Source: Chrysomallon squamiferum (lineage: Eukaryota; Animalia; Mollusca). Taken from it: a stretch of DNA of 64,000 nt. Location of the stretch: NCBI GenBank assembly GCA_012295275.1, contig CM022668.1:8556001-8620000 (forward strand). Direction: 5' to 3'. Of this stretch, positions 1 to 28,199 are shown piece after piece. The notes below the pieces were generated by a model. That model worked only from the letters and a program-made list of their open reading frames with translations, searched no databases and was not told where the DNA came from. The position numbers were made by a program, and so were the translations under genes. Position 1 is the stretch's first letter; every line of letters begins with the position of its first letter.

Positions 1-62
1 CTATTACAATATTTTCAGTGACTGTTCTATAGTTTAATATCTTCCTCACGTTACTGTCACAA

Positions 63-171
<109 letters not shown>

Positions 172-255
172 GTAGATGAAAAGAAAGAAAAAATATACCA
201 AGCAAAATTATTGATACGTATCTACATTACACATTAAATTTTATTTTATACCAAC

Positions 256-8940
<8,685 letters not shown>

Positions 8941-9289
8941 TTTGAGTTGTTTGTATCTATTTTATTATAAAATAATGGTAAAACAACACTAGCAACAGCA
9001 TAACAAGAACAAATAATAAGTAAAATCGACTTTAATGTGGATAACTGTCAACATGATGAAAATAACAACAGTAATAATGAGTCGTAATAAATATATAAAA
9101 ATAAAAATAACAGTAACGAGAAACAACAAATATTTAAACTAAATCTTAAATACATTAAATAACTGTCATTTATAAGGAAACAACTATGAAATATGTTATA
9201 CGTTTAAGAAATGAATTCAAATCACAAATATATATGTGCAAATAGAAGGTGCAAATGTTTACTTTAGTATATATGATGAAAGAGCTTAA

Positions 9290-9800
9290 ATGTAACTAAA
9301 TATGTTTAATCAAAATACGAAATACTAACTCAAATTTGTAACCATAATACGTTATGCTCACTCAAGTACGTGTAACCAAAATTCGTAATACTCATTCAAA
9401 TATGTGTGTAACTATAACCTTAGTGGTCTCAAATAGCTAACTACAATCCCTGCTGTTCAGTCAAATGCATAACGAAAGTGTTTAACACTCACCAAAAGAT
9501 ACACCCCAAGTCCGTAATGTTAACGAAATAAATAACCAGAATCCGTAATATCAGCCAAAATACGTAACTAGAGTCCGTAGTCCTCGCTCATATACGAGTT
9601 ACCTATGGGACTAAGTAATGCTGAAAGACATAGAGAAAGAATATAATGCACTCATTCAAATAACTATAATAAGTATTTGTATTACTGAAAGAAAAACCGA
9701 GCCCGTAAGGCTCACTTATATATGAGTAACCAGAGTCCGTACTACTCACCTTAAACACCTGTAAATAGAATATCAAATGCTCAGTCAAAATTAATACAGA
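9290..9800. repeat. Degenerate tandem repeat upstream of SLC22 exon 1
   Basis: Recurrent AAATACGTAAC...TCCGTA...ACTCA motifs, with an inverted counterpart at about 12330-12790. Confidence 0.5.
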
Positions 9801-10159
9801 ATGTGTATGAGTCTGTACCTCTTATTAAATATATCGCATCAGTGCTATGATGACAAGTTCTGCAACTTAAATTTCCCAGACAAAAATAAAATAATCGTCT
9901 GCTGTGAAATGTACGCTGTATACCTCTGTGAATACGTCGTCGTGTTGTGGCAGGGACAGCTATTCACAGTGTTTGTGAATATATTATTTTTCTCTATCAA
10001 ATCAGAAGTCTTAGTAGCAGTGTTTGGATATATACTTAAAATGTAGCGAAATAACTATCTACGCTGAATGCCTGGCTGGAATGTTTGCGCAGTTTCGTGG
10101 GTAAAGTGGACTGCGTTGGGTGAAGACAATAGAAATGACATGTTTTTTTTTTTTTTTAA

Positions 10160-10890
<731 letters not shown>

Positions 10891-11506
10891 CAACAACAAT
10901 AATAATAATAATACCAATATCAACTTCAATATCAACAACAACAACAAGAAAAGCAATGATAACAAAAACAACATAAGTATTTAAAAATGCAAGCTTTTCA
11001 TTTATCCATTTACAATTAAAGTGTACTTAAGGTAGTATATAAGTCAATTAATAACTAATTATCCAAAAAAAAAAAAAAAAATAATAATAATAATAAAATA
11101 AAATAAATAGCCTTATCACAATTGTCACACGTCCAAGTAATTCTTGTATTATTGAACATTATAATAATTTTAAGTATGTTGTTCTTTCTTTTTGCTTATG
11201 TGCTCTTGCTACTACTACTATTACTACAACTACTACTACTATAGCTACTACCGCTACTACTGCAATATTATTATTATTATTGTTGTTGTTGTTTGAAAAA
11301 GGAAGGATAACTGTGATCTTTAAAGAAAAAGAAATCAAGGTGTAGCAATAGATACATTTACAAATATAGTTTCATTTCTTCAGAAGTCTTACAGCAAATG
11401 TTTATACTGACTGACACTGCATTAATTATGTCAATGAACGTGTTGAATCAGCAAAGTATTATGTTTAACTAGCGTTACACAATAATTTGGTTATTCTGCA
11501 TATCAA

Positions 11507-11581
<75 letters not shown>

Positions 11582-11755
11582 TGATCGATTTATAACGGTT
11601 ATTGAATAATTAAAAAGTTAATTTGTTCAAGTTTTAATATATATTTAATATATCTTCTTTATATAAACTGAAAACATTACTTAATATAGTAATTACAATC
11701 AATAGGCCAAAGAAATAAACCAACAAAAACCAAAACAAACAACAACAACAACAAC

Positions 11756-11790
<35 letters not shown>

Positions 11791-11944
11791 TAATTTTAAA
11801 AAGTTAAAAAGCAAAATAATAAAATAAAATAAATGCATTATTAAAAAAGATATATGTGTAAAGCATAAAACAAACTGACAAATAACCTAATAATTATTTT
11901 ATTCACATTGCTTTCTGTTCACACATAAAACATCACAAACATTT

Positions 11945-17200
<5,256 letters not shown>

Positions 17201-17288
17201 TATCGTTTTTTTGTAAGTCCGGGTCACGTAGAAACTTTAGAGTAAATATCTAATATTTTTAAACTGTACTGTTTTATTGTTATACTTC

Positions 17289-17356
<68 letters not shown>

Positions 17357-17483
17357 GTATAAAAAGAATATTAGAAAAAAAGAGAGAGAGAGAAAAAAAG
17401 AAGATCTTTGAAGTGCCCAGAATATATTTAGGCCAATTCTTCGCAGCACTGAAGGTATATTTTAAGGAGGAATTCACTTGAAA

Positions 17484-17526
<43 letters not shown>

Positions 17527-17650
17527 AAAAGTTACACCACGCTAATATCAGATGTCTACTAATTTTTGAAAGCTATATCTAGTTTAGGCCTCATTAAGTC
17601 AAAACACAATCCAGCCTATATATATATATTTATAAACAATAAAAGTTCAT

Positions 17651-18345
17651 TTATTTTATAAAATCCTCTTCTCCTTCAGTTTCTCCAGATCCGTTATCAC
17701 TAGAATCAAATTCTGATGCTCTAGATGTCTTGATTGGTGATGCTGTTGTCGGTATTGCAGCTGATGATACTGTTGTAGATGGTATGGCTGATGATTACAT
17801 TGTCTGTGTAGTCACTGATACTGCTGCATGTGCTGATTTGTTGTTATTCCTTTTTCCGGTTGATTTACTATACTATCTGATAACGTGAGGACAAACAACC
17901 ATCTCGTCTTCGCCGTTCACAGTTTTGTATTTACGACTTAAAATAATACTGTGTACTCAGCATCAACCAGCTGAGAAGACGCCCACTTAAAAACGTCACA
18001 AAGGATTGTTCAGTCAACCTGACACGGCGTGCAGTCCTTACTTTGTTGTTAGAAGTAATCATCTTCTTACCTAACCTGACAACGGGTATAACACATGACA
18101 AACAACATATTTTTGAAGTGACTGCTGATACGAACTTAGGTTGTGTTACAGCTAGAGCTAATATATGCATATCTTTTTAAAACTTTTTTTTTTTTATCAT
18201 AGAAATGTATTTTTAAGAGTATGAGAGATATAGACAGGGGGGTTCTCTGTCCTTTAAATGTTTCTGGACCGCATTGCTTCTTTATTCTAACCGCACGCAA
18301 ATTATCCTCTGTAAACAGTATTTTTGGTATGTTTGTCCGTCAGTG

Positions 18346-18403
<58 letters not shown>

Positions 18404-18450
18404 CTGAATTCAGATATATTTGAAAAGTGCTGTATTTTGGGTGGATATAT
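17651..18450 (-). pseudogene. Duplicated segment B (copy 2) with decayed Cys-containing and Ser/Thr-rich reading frame
   Basis: The minus strand reads ...EDDYF*QQSKDCTPCQVD*TILCDVFKWASSQLVDAEY..., then after a frameshift KYKTVNGEDEMVVCPHVIR*YSKSTG...SSAIPSTTVSSAAIPTTASPIKTSRASEFDSSDNGSGETEGEEDFIK*. Confidence 0.4.
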
Positions 18451-18671
18451 TTTAATGTAATAAATACAGAAAAAAAAAAAAAAATAATAATAAAAAGTAT
18501 GGAGATGTTAAAGGAATCGGATACTACAGTGTTTAATAATTAAATACTAGATTTGACAGGAAATTGTTACTGGTTCTGGAAAATGTCAGGATTAATCCTA
18601 TAACCTATCTTAAACTTTTCTGTAACCAACGAGCTAACATACCGCTTGAATATAAAGAAAATTACTTTTGA

Positions 18672-18783
18672 TCTATATATAAAATCATAAAATGACGATT
18701 ATTAGACATTCATAGACTCAGGTAAGTTTTCGTAAACATTATTGTACTTTAGGAAGTTATATGACGTCATAGGATATGATGTC

Positions 18784-18814
<31 letters not shown>

Positions 18815-18845
18815 GGAAAAGAATTTTCTAGCGCCATATTTGGTG
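18672..18845 (+). promoter_or_regulatory. Putative promoter and non-coding first exon of the 7TM gene
   Basis: TATATATAAAA at about 18674, strong donor CAG|GTAAGT at 18721/18722, perfect CRE TGACGTCA at 18762-18769, YY1-like CGCCATATTT at about 18832. The matching acceptor TTTTTTTACAG ends at 19236. Confidence 0.45.
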
Positions 18846-19265
18846 ACGTGTATAGAATTTGACTTCGATTTTCCTTGGTAAATTGTTTAATTTTATTTTA
18901 TTTTTAATTGTATAAGTATATAAGTTCAGCAGCAAAAGAAAATAGTTGTGAATTGTTGTTACAGTTTTCGTGTTGTTGCTTTGTTAGAGCACCTGCAATG
19001 GTTTGGTGTATTATATATTCATTTAATGATTTTATTGTTAATATAGTTTGAAACGATATTTATTAAGAGTGTTTTATTTGTGAAGATTTGTTGACAACAA
19101 TATAGTATTTGTTAGTCGATTTATTTATATTCAGTTTAGGCTAAACTCGAGGTTATATTAATTCTGATTAGCTTAAGTAATATTAAAAGTATTCATTTAA
19201 AAAAAAAAAAATTTATTATTATTATTTTTTTTACAGTGAACAGCAGTCAATATCGACCATCTAAA

Positions 19266-20114
19266 ATGGATCACGTATTAGCTAGTTACAGAAGCAATTG
19301 GCGATTTTTCAAAAATGGAATTCTCTGGTGTGGAATGGCGGCTGACTGTGTCACATTTTGCTTTCTAATGCGAAGAGAACAAAATCAGTCCATCTGGAAT
19401 CTCATTCTAATCTCGTTTTTCGACGGGATCTTCTTGAATATGTTGTTTCTCTATTTCCAAAGTGAACTGCAGTGGTTTTTCAGCATTCATGCAGTCATTG
19501 ATGTGTTCTTTCTTATATCCGGTGGTTTCAAACTGAAAGCCCTCATTCAAGAGTTTATGACTTTAGAAACTCTCTTGCAATGGAAATCGATACCTCTAGA
19601 CATTAACCATGTCAGCAGCAGATTTATATTTCTGTTCATCATGGTATGTATTGCGCTGCCTTGCTTCCTTATCATCTACATCCATTTCGAGGTCTACAAC
19701 GTGTTCTTTATTTTACAGTTTACAATGGAGATCATTTTTCTTCATATGCTACCTCTGTCTTTAATCGCATGCATGATTCCATGTATTAAACTGGACCTCA
19801 GACAAGCCAAGCAATGTTACGAAGCGAATACAAGTCCTTCCTTCCAACCATTTTTCACCAACGTCGTAATTTCTGTGTGTGCCGTATCGTTTCTGACCTA
19901 CTCCATGCTCTCCCTCATTTTATTGCTCCAGTACATCTACTCTTACATAATATGGCAGGAACTGTCTGTTATGGCCACCTGTGTAATAACCGTCCAGTCT
20001 TTTGCCAACTTCTACTTTGTGATGCTGTCGAAAAATAGCATACGAAGGAAGTGTATGAAAAAAGAAATCGAAGCTTGTTCAGAGGTAGTGGAAACTTTGA
20101 AGAATAAGGTATAA
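19266..20114 (+). CDS. Divergent seven-transmembrane rhodopsin-class (GPCR/chemoreceptor-like) protein, 282 aa
   Basis: Single coding exon after the acceptor at 19236, first ATG at 19266. About 7 hydrophobic segments with class-A remnants: TM2 LILISFFD, TM5 FLHMLP, TM7 QSFANFYFV followed by IRRKC. AATAAA at 20123. Confidence 0.75.
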   Translation: MDHVLASYRSNWRFFKNGILWCGMAADCVTFCFLMRREQNQSIWNLILISFFDGIFLNMLFLYFQSELQWFFSIHAVIDVFFLISGGFKLKALIQEFMTLETLLQWKSIPLDINHVSSRFIFLFIMVCIALPCFLIIYIHFEVYNVFFILQFTMEIIFLHMLPLSLIACMIPCIKLDLRQAKQCYEANTSPSFQPFFTNVVISVCAVSFLTYSMLSLILLLQYIYSYIIWQELSVMATCVITVQSFANFYFVMLSKNSIRRKCMKKEIEACSEVVETLKNKV

Positions 20115-20975
20115 CAGTCAGAAATAAATTCATATGTCATGAGCTACTCATAACTATTGAATTATTTTAATTATCTTTATTAATATTGGTTGTACATTAA
20201 AAAGTCGTTTCTATTAATCAGTTTATATTCAGAATTAGGCAAGTCGTAAATTTTATGGTTTAAATGTTTTCTCTTTTTATATCTTACAAATTGTGTTCTC
20301 TCCCTGTACAACTGTCTGTGTATCTGTATGTTATATTATGTATCTAGTTTTCACCTTTCTGCATGTGAATGAATTTAAAATTAATACAGAATAGATAATG
20401 GTTTTTTATTTTATATTTTGTTTTTCAATTTTTTAATGAAATTGTTTCAGTGAAGTTTTCAAATTTTACTTGTTATTTGTAAGTTTTTGTTAATAAAAGT
20501 TTTAAAAGTTTGACTGTGTTAATGGTATTTACCGAAACATTTAAGATAACACTAATTAATTCTAACATCTCCTATTTTAAGTTGGGCCGTACCAACTTCA
20601 CTTCAAATCAAGAGAAGCAAAATAACCTTAAAGTAATATGTTATACCACTGTTCATTTGTTTAACAGTCTTACTTTGAAAATACAAAGAAATAATATAAA
20701 TATTTTCTGCAAATTTCCGAACTATGTTTTATCTATTCATTTGTATTATTATTGTTGTTGGCTGTTGTTGTCATTATTATTATTGATATTGTTATCATTT
20801 TATTGTTGTTGTTATTATTACATTAATTTCCTGAAGCTAATCTGAAAAAGAATAAAAATAGTATGAGGAGGTTATAGAATGACATTATAGAAGATAAATT
20901 AATTCTTTTCACATTCCATAAATCTTTCTTTTTTTTTCTTTTAATCTGTATCTTTTTGTTTCAGTTTATAGTTTA

Positions 20976-21014
<39 letters not shown>

Positions 21015-21073
21015 TATATATATACTTTTTATCTCTTTTTTTTTTTTTTTTTATTATTCGGATGAAGTTTCTG

Positions 21074-23995
21074 TCATCTCTTAAACTCAGTGCTCATGTC
21101 AACGTTCTGCCACGGCAGATTAAACACTTTAATTTGACCTCTACGTTCACCTATGAACAGTCTGTGTTTATGATAATCATAATAAACACCATCAGGACTA
21201 CTTAGATCATCATCCTGCGTAATAATCTCAGACACACAGCGACCCTCTGACGTCAGCTGGACTATTTTATGTAGTCTGATATCTGCAACGAAAACGCCTC
21301 CATCTAGGTCACACGATACACCAGCAGGGTACTTGATCACGTGATGTAGACCTGCATACCCCGTATCTTCGAATGGGTACGTCCATTTAATCTTTCCTGA
21401 AAGACTGACGCAAACGAGTTTCATGCATGACGTCATTTTGCCTTCTGCCATTGCATAGCATTTATCCACGACAATTAACTCTTTTTTGGGTGTCAATGTT
21501 AAGTATGTTGGCCTCGAGAATAAAGACCCGCCATCGCAGACAGAATAAATCAGATACCCTGACGAATCTACAACGTCGACAGCTGGAAGATGTTCCCAGG
21601 GAGCGCTGGCTGCAAATTTGGTCTCCGTTATACCCGCCAAATAGTGGTATTTTTTCTGAGTAAGGACGTGATAGTTATATTTCAGCTCTGGTGTCACGCA
21701 TAGAAACAGAATCTTCTTAGCCTCCGGTACGGCTACAGCAACACCACCTAGAGTCGATCTCGTTACTCCTTTGGGGAATTCTGTTAGATGAAAACAACTG
21801 TGTCGATATTGGTCAGCCTTGTAAAAGAAACATTTCACGGATTTGTTCAAATGGTCACCCACTACAATGGCTGAACCCCAGACTGTTTCTATAACTGTTA
21901 TGTCTGTAATGTATGGACAGTATTTATCATCTCTGAGTCGCGCACAAATAGAACGATCCAATTCCCATCTGCCAATAGCTGGATCACGAATACTGTTCAC
22001 TGAAACATATTTCAAAGATCCTTTGTTCCAGTCACGTCGTAACATTTTGTAACCCTGACCAGGCCCCCCAATAACCGGTTCTCTAGCAATGTCATACTGA
22101 AACCATTTGCTGTTGTTCGGATGCAACTGTCCAGGCATTTCACATTCAGAATCGTCGTAATAGGGAATTTTATTTTTGTAGATATTGTCTCTCCTCCGAT
22201 ATGTAACGCCCGGGTGATAAGGGTATAGACTTTCTCGAGGTGAAATGTCTTCATCGTCTGGTTGTGTATCATCGATTTTTATATCTCGAGAATGCCCTGG
22301 ATTAACTTCGTTAGCCGGAGTTGTCTTTCTTTCCTCAGGTTGATGGCGTGTTTTGCCTGGAGCTGCCGTTTCCGGACTTGTGTTTCCTTTATCATTTCGA
22401 TCACGTGTCGAAATTGGATTTTCTTTCGTTGTATATTTTTGTTGTCGGTTCACAACGGGGTTTAACGGAGATGTTGCTGTGTCCGTCTCTACGTCTGCCT
22501 GTTTAGCAGGTGCTATGTCTGTGCTTTGTTTGACTTTCTCTGACTTGACTGTGGTTCTTTGTTTTGATTTAGGAGGAGCTGGCGTTGTTGTACAACCTAG
22601 AGGAAAGAGAGAAAAATAAAGAAAGAAAGAAAAAGAAAAAGAAATGTAAATTCAAATATCTGATAATAATAATTAACAGCGATTTATGGCACTAAACGGC
22701 TGAAGTTAACACTATAAAGTCTCTGAAAATAAGAAGAAAGAAGACGATACTGGTAGCGATTCAAGTTTGACTGTCTATAACAGTGATTCTCAACCAGTGT
22801 GCGCAAACGTTTGTAGAAAAAAAAAATTCCAAATCTCATTCGTACGCATTGCTTTCTACATAGAGAAGTTCTTGTTTCAAAAATATCTCAGGAAGATTTT
22901 AAAAAATTGTGTTACATCAAGTTATTGGAATTATCAATTATATAAGAAGTAGGCCACTGAAGTCACGATTATTTGAACAACTGCGCAAAGAGATGGACTC
23001 TCAGCATGTTAAGTTATTAATGCACACTGAGGTTCGCTGGCTGTCGAAAGGCAAAGTACTAAATCGTGTTCACGAACTGCACAAGGAATTACTATCATTT
23101 TTCTCTCAAGGAAAAGCAGGAAAAATTCTGTTAATACCTTAGTTGCGAATTTTGGATGTCTAAAATGGAATACCTAACAAATATTTAGTGAACTAAATAA
23201 AACAAACAGTAGTATGCAAGGCAAAAATGAAAATATTCTCACTTCAACATACGAGATAGTTGCCCTCAAAAAGAAAATTGTGATTTGGAAAAAAAGAGCA
23301 ATCACTGGCAATCTTGATATGTTCCCTTTATTGCGTTCTACCTGCATTAGAGAAATGATCCCTATTGTGTTTACTCATCTGACAGCCCTGGACGAAAGCA
23401 TCAACAATTACTTTCCGTCAATAAAGACAGAAAAGTATGACTGGATTAGAGATCCTTTCATAAATCATTCTTCCAACATTAAACTTGAATTACAGTTGGA
23501 TGCTGTCTATGACATCCATGTTTATATTTTGCAAAATTCAAATATTTTTTCATATATATTTAGACAGGTGTTCCAAGGTGTGCTGTTGGCAAAAAAAGGT
23601 TGAGAACCACTGTCCAATAATAACACAAGTAATAAAAAAAAGGTTGAGAACCACTGTCCAATAATAACACAAGTAATAAAAAAAAGGTTGAGAACCACTG
23701 TCCAATAATAACACAAGTAATAAAAAAAAGGTTGAGAACCACTGTCCAATAATAACACAAGTAATAAAAAAAAGGTTGAGAACCACTGTCCAATAATAAC
23801 ACAAGTAATAAAAAAAAAGCTGCTGCTAATACTGCCACTGCTGCTTCTACTGCTGATACTTCCACTACTACTAATATTCTGGTTTTTCATCTTATTTATT
23901 TATTTATTTATTATTTTTAATGGTTTCTAAATATTTACATACAAAAAACATATTAAATAAGATTAATTTATTTTTGAATATTTACCGTTTCCCAT
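21074..23995 (-). CDS. NHL-repeat / six-bladed beta-propeller protein with N-terminal MGNGC lipidation motif and disordered linker, 510 aa
   Basis: Coding exon 23995-23986 (ACA ATG GGA AAC G|GTAAAT, in-frame stop upstream) splices in phase to 22596-21074. C-terminal NHL-type blades: FSRPTYLTLT..ELIVVD, KYPAGVSCDLDGGVFVADIRLHKIVQL, LSSPDGVYYD..LFIGERRGQIKVF. Probable UTR exons at 24058-23996 and 24512-24423. Confidence 0.85.
22781..23612 (+). mobile_element. Internally deleted hAT (Charlie/Buster-type) DNA transposon
   Basis: Terminal inverted repeats CAGTGATTCTCAACC...GGTTGAGAACCACTG. Broken transposase fragments include INYIRSRPLKSRLF...LLMHTEVRWLSKGKVL and MQGKNENIL...FPLL...WIRDPF. Left flank GTCTATAA resembles a Charlie target site; the right TSD is imperfect. 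Confidence 0.9.
23591..23818. repeat. 44-bp tandem repeat x5 made of the hAT right TIR plus flank
   Basis: Unit AAAAAAAAGGTTGAGAACCACTGTCCAATAATAACACAAGTAAT; TIR ends fall at 23612, 23656, 23700, 23744 and 23788. Confidence 0.95.
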
Positions 23996-24183
23996 TGTGA
24001 CTAGATTTCATAATTTTTATTTCATGCCGGAACTGGGAATAGTCTGTTTTTTAATTCTCTGAAAAATAAAATCAAATAAAAAAATAAATTAAAATTAAAA
24101 AATTAAAAACCCAGTTAGATTAGACCAAAGCTAAATTAAACCTCTCGAGCCAGACAGAAACACACACACACAAACAGACACAT

Positions 24184-24214
<31 letters not shown>

Positions 24215-24292
24215 CACTGTTAGTGGATAGTTATTTTCTTTTTTGAATGAAATCGATAATTTTAAATTAAATTTATAGAACTAAATAGTAAA

Positions 24293-24378
<86 letters not shown>

Positions 24379-24554
24379 ATAATAATAATGGTAATGATAA
24401 TAATAATAATAACATATCTTACCTGCTTTTCCTAACACTACCTAAGCACCATTACTGAACGGAAAAAGACACTAAAATTGCCATAATATAGTGAACAAAA
24501 AAAGTAAGTACTCTGCAAAATATACAGAGCCAATTCAAAAGAAAGAAAGAAAAA

Positions 24555-24605
<51 letters not shown>

Positions 24606-24778
24606 AGAATAGGAGAAAGAAAAAAAAAAAACAATTCAAAAGAAAAAAACAGAAACTTTGTAATGCTAAATAGCGGTAACCATAAATACTAGTTCACCTT
24701 TCACTACTGATGCGTCTACTCTATTACTACTACTGCTACTAGTGATGATAATGATTATATTATATTATATTGTATTGT

Positions 24779-24820
<42 letters not shown>

Positions 24821-25216
24821 ATACATTACATTCTCTAAATTCGTCTTGTTTTGTAGTCTCAACTAATTTTGTGGAGTGTATTCCAAATGTTGACTTTCAG
24901 ACAGTCCCTGTTTGTATAATGTGCTTGCAACCATGGGCGATCTTTGTGAGACTTTTGAAAACATTTAGAAAGATAATTGTACTTTTTGTAAGAAACAACT
25001 ATCGTCAACAGAATATTTTGAATAGAGAATTTGTTTAGGCGAGTGATTTTAAACTGAAGAATAAATATAAAAATGTCAGATACTTCACACGTTGTAAGGT
25101 TTTCATTTAATGTTAAGTATGTGTATTAGTATCAGCCCAGTACACTGATAGTTTATGCGTGTGTTTATGCGTGTGCATGTATGTGTCACTATGTATTTGT
25201 GTTCTGTGTGTGGTGT

Positions 25217-25375
<159 letters not shown>

Positions 25376-25932
25376 CGAAAATAATATGATTCACTTTAAA
25401 AGCTAAATAGCCTGTAAAGACTGCTTATGATAAATGTTAAGGTATATTCAGGGGCAATCTATGACGTTGAGAATGAGTCTTTATAAGAAATACATACATG
25501 TATTGCGTCGAGCGGTTTGGTATTATGAACTTAGGTTTCAGTGGAAGAAAAATAATACAGAAGAAGAATATTATTATAAAAAATGACATTATTATTATAT
25601 AAATATAAAGAGCCACTATTGATGCTGGTGTATTCATAATAGCTGTTTAAAATAGCGAGTTCCTAGTGGATCCGTGGTTGATAACATTTAGAGAAACCTG
25701 GGAAACAAAAACAAAAATAAATAAATAGATAAAATAAAATAAAAATAAGGAAGAAGAAAAACAGGTATTTGAAAGTACGGAGAGTCCGGCCTGTCTGAAG
25801 ACAGTCGCAGCGGCTTCAGACGTGTGTTAGTCAATGGTAAGGAATACGTGGTGACACCTGGTATATGGATAATACGTTATTTAGAATACCAGCAAAAAAT
25901 AAAAAAATAATAAAAAATAATCATAAAAAAAA

Positions 25933-25982
<50 letters not shown>

Positions 25983-26094
25983 AATAAAATAAAATCAGGG
26001 AACACTCTAAGAAATATACAAATATCGAAATTAGTACCCATCTGGAGTTAGCAAAACATCCAAAAAGTCTCTGTTTTATCTTAGAACTATTTAG

Positions 26095-26176
<82 letters not shown>

Positions 26177-26718
26177 ATTATTATTATTAATATTTTATTT
26201 TTTTCTTGCATTGACAGTGGCTCAATTTTTCGCACATGGTAGGTAAAATGCAAAGTAAAATTAGTTTTGAAGGCTTACATCATTCATCACTGTGAATTTA
26301 GACTACATTTAGTTCTATATAGTGTTTTACACTGATAATATTAATATCTGTTTAATTTAACACCCTTCGGAAATTCCTAAATGTTGTATTTCCCTTTAAG
26401 TCTGTTATATGAGATTGAGGTCGACTGTAAACAAGTAATTTTTGAAAAGAGGGAAGACAGGGGGACATAACTCTGTGTACAACTGTTATTAAGGCTTCGA
26501 CGATACTTGCCCTTCAGCTATAAGCACTTTCCTGATAGGTGTCGGGACAATAAGCGAGATTTGCCCTAAATTAATAAAACCTTAGTTGTTTGTTTTATTA
26601 ATCCTCTAGTATATCAGTAAACAGTTCAAACGGACGCATGCCTTTAATTTCTTGTTATATTTGTAATTATGTGAAGCCATGTTGGGAAATATTATCTAGA
26701 AATCTGTTAAAAATCGTA

Positions 26719-26756
<38 letters not shown>

Positions 26757-27034
26757 AAAAAATTAAAGAAAGGAAGAGAACAACAACAGCATTGTCTGAT
26801 GATTAAAATAAAAACAAAATATATATTTTTTAATTTATTCATTTATACAGACAAAAATTGGAATTTTTATTTAGCCTTTCTAGTTGCAGTTTTCTATCCC
26901 TCGCTCAAAGCATTACATTTCTTTGTATTATTTGCAGTCATCTATTAAATCAAACATTAAACAGCTTTAAAAAAAAAAAAATTATTCATCTGTATAAAAT
27001 GAAATAATCCTTTATCGACTTGCATATTCAGCTC

Positions 27035-27238
27035 CATAGCAACATGGCTGTCTGTGTGATCTATTATAATAACGTCACGAGGTTCGTTTAAATCGAAAGT
27101 AAGATAAAGAATACAGTACTGAGAAATCGCCGATTGTTGAATGTCAGAACAAATTTATTCGGTTCGTGTGCAAGTCGCTTTCTTTTTCTCTTAAAACTTT
27201 GCCGATTATCCTTCAGTCTGACTACTTCCACTACTATC
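27035..27238 (+). promoter_or_regulatory. Putative NT5C3 promoter / 5' UTR
   Basis: CpG-retaining patch directly before the ATG; YY1-like AACATGGC at 27041 and half-CRE CGTCA at about 27073. Confidence 0.4.
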
Positions 27239-27432
27239 ATGGATTTGGTAAGTATATATTGTAGTACATATTCATACCGTTCATTATTATTATCATGAAA
27301 TTCATGGTATTTTTCTGTTTATATTGAGTTGCATACGTGTGGGGCCTTATATGGGTTAGGAAATTAGATCTCAATATTATTAAAAATAAAATGTACTTTC
27401 TACAATTATTATGTTTTGTCTGGATGAAAAAG

Positions 27433-27482
<50 letters not shown>

Positions 27483-28158
27483 TAAAAAAATAATAATAAT
27501 AATAATGAGAAGAAGAAGAAAAAGTTGTTTTTTTAATGAATTATGGTTTTTTATTTTATTAATTTTCAGATTTGACATTGTATTAGTTTAAAAAGAGTAA
27601 TGTCAGAATATATATAAAATTATTTGATTAAAAAAGAGAAAATAATAAATAAGACACAATAAATGACTTATTGCCAAAGTTATGTTTATCAAATATATGT
27701 CAACAAATATTGAAAAAACAAACAAATAAGTAAAAAATAAAAGGAAAAAAAAGAACAAAAAGTTAGTGGTGTTTGAAAAAAAAAAAAAAAAAAAAAAAAA
27801 GAAAGAAAGAAAAGGAAAAAAAGAAAAAAAAAGAAAGAAAAATGTGACATTCAGTTAGGTTTTTCCACCTAGGTTGATATTGAGGCATATCAAATTTACT
27901 ATTTATTTAGACCAGATGTGTAAAGTATGTTCTGTTTGTTTTTATAACAAATGTCATTTCTGCATAAAAACTCATTAAAGAAAACCTTAACAACAATAGA
28001 AAAACCTATCAAATATGTATACGTTTCTTTTCTCAAAATGTTGATTAATGAAGGCTCTTCACAATGAAATCACTAAGTCATGTCTTAAGGAAAAAAAAAA
28101 GAACAAAAAGAGCAACAGGATAATATATTTATATCTATATCTATATCTACATATATAC

Positions 28159-28199
<41 letters not shown>

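Noticed and set aside
23591-23818. CRISPR-like regular repeat
   Set aside because: Units are contiguous and identical with no unique spacers, there are no cas genes, and the unit is a hAT TIR plus flank.
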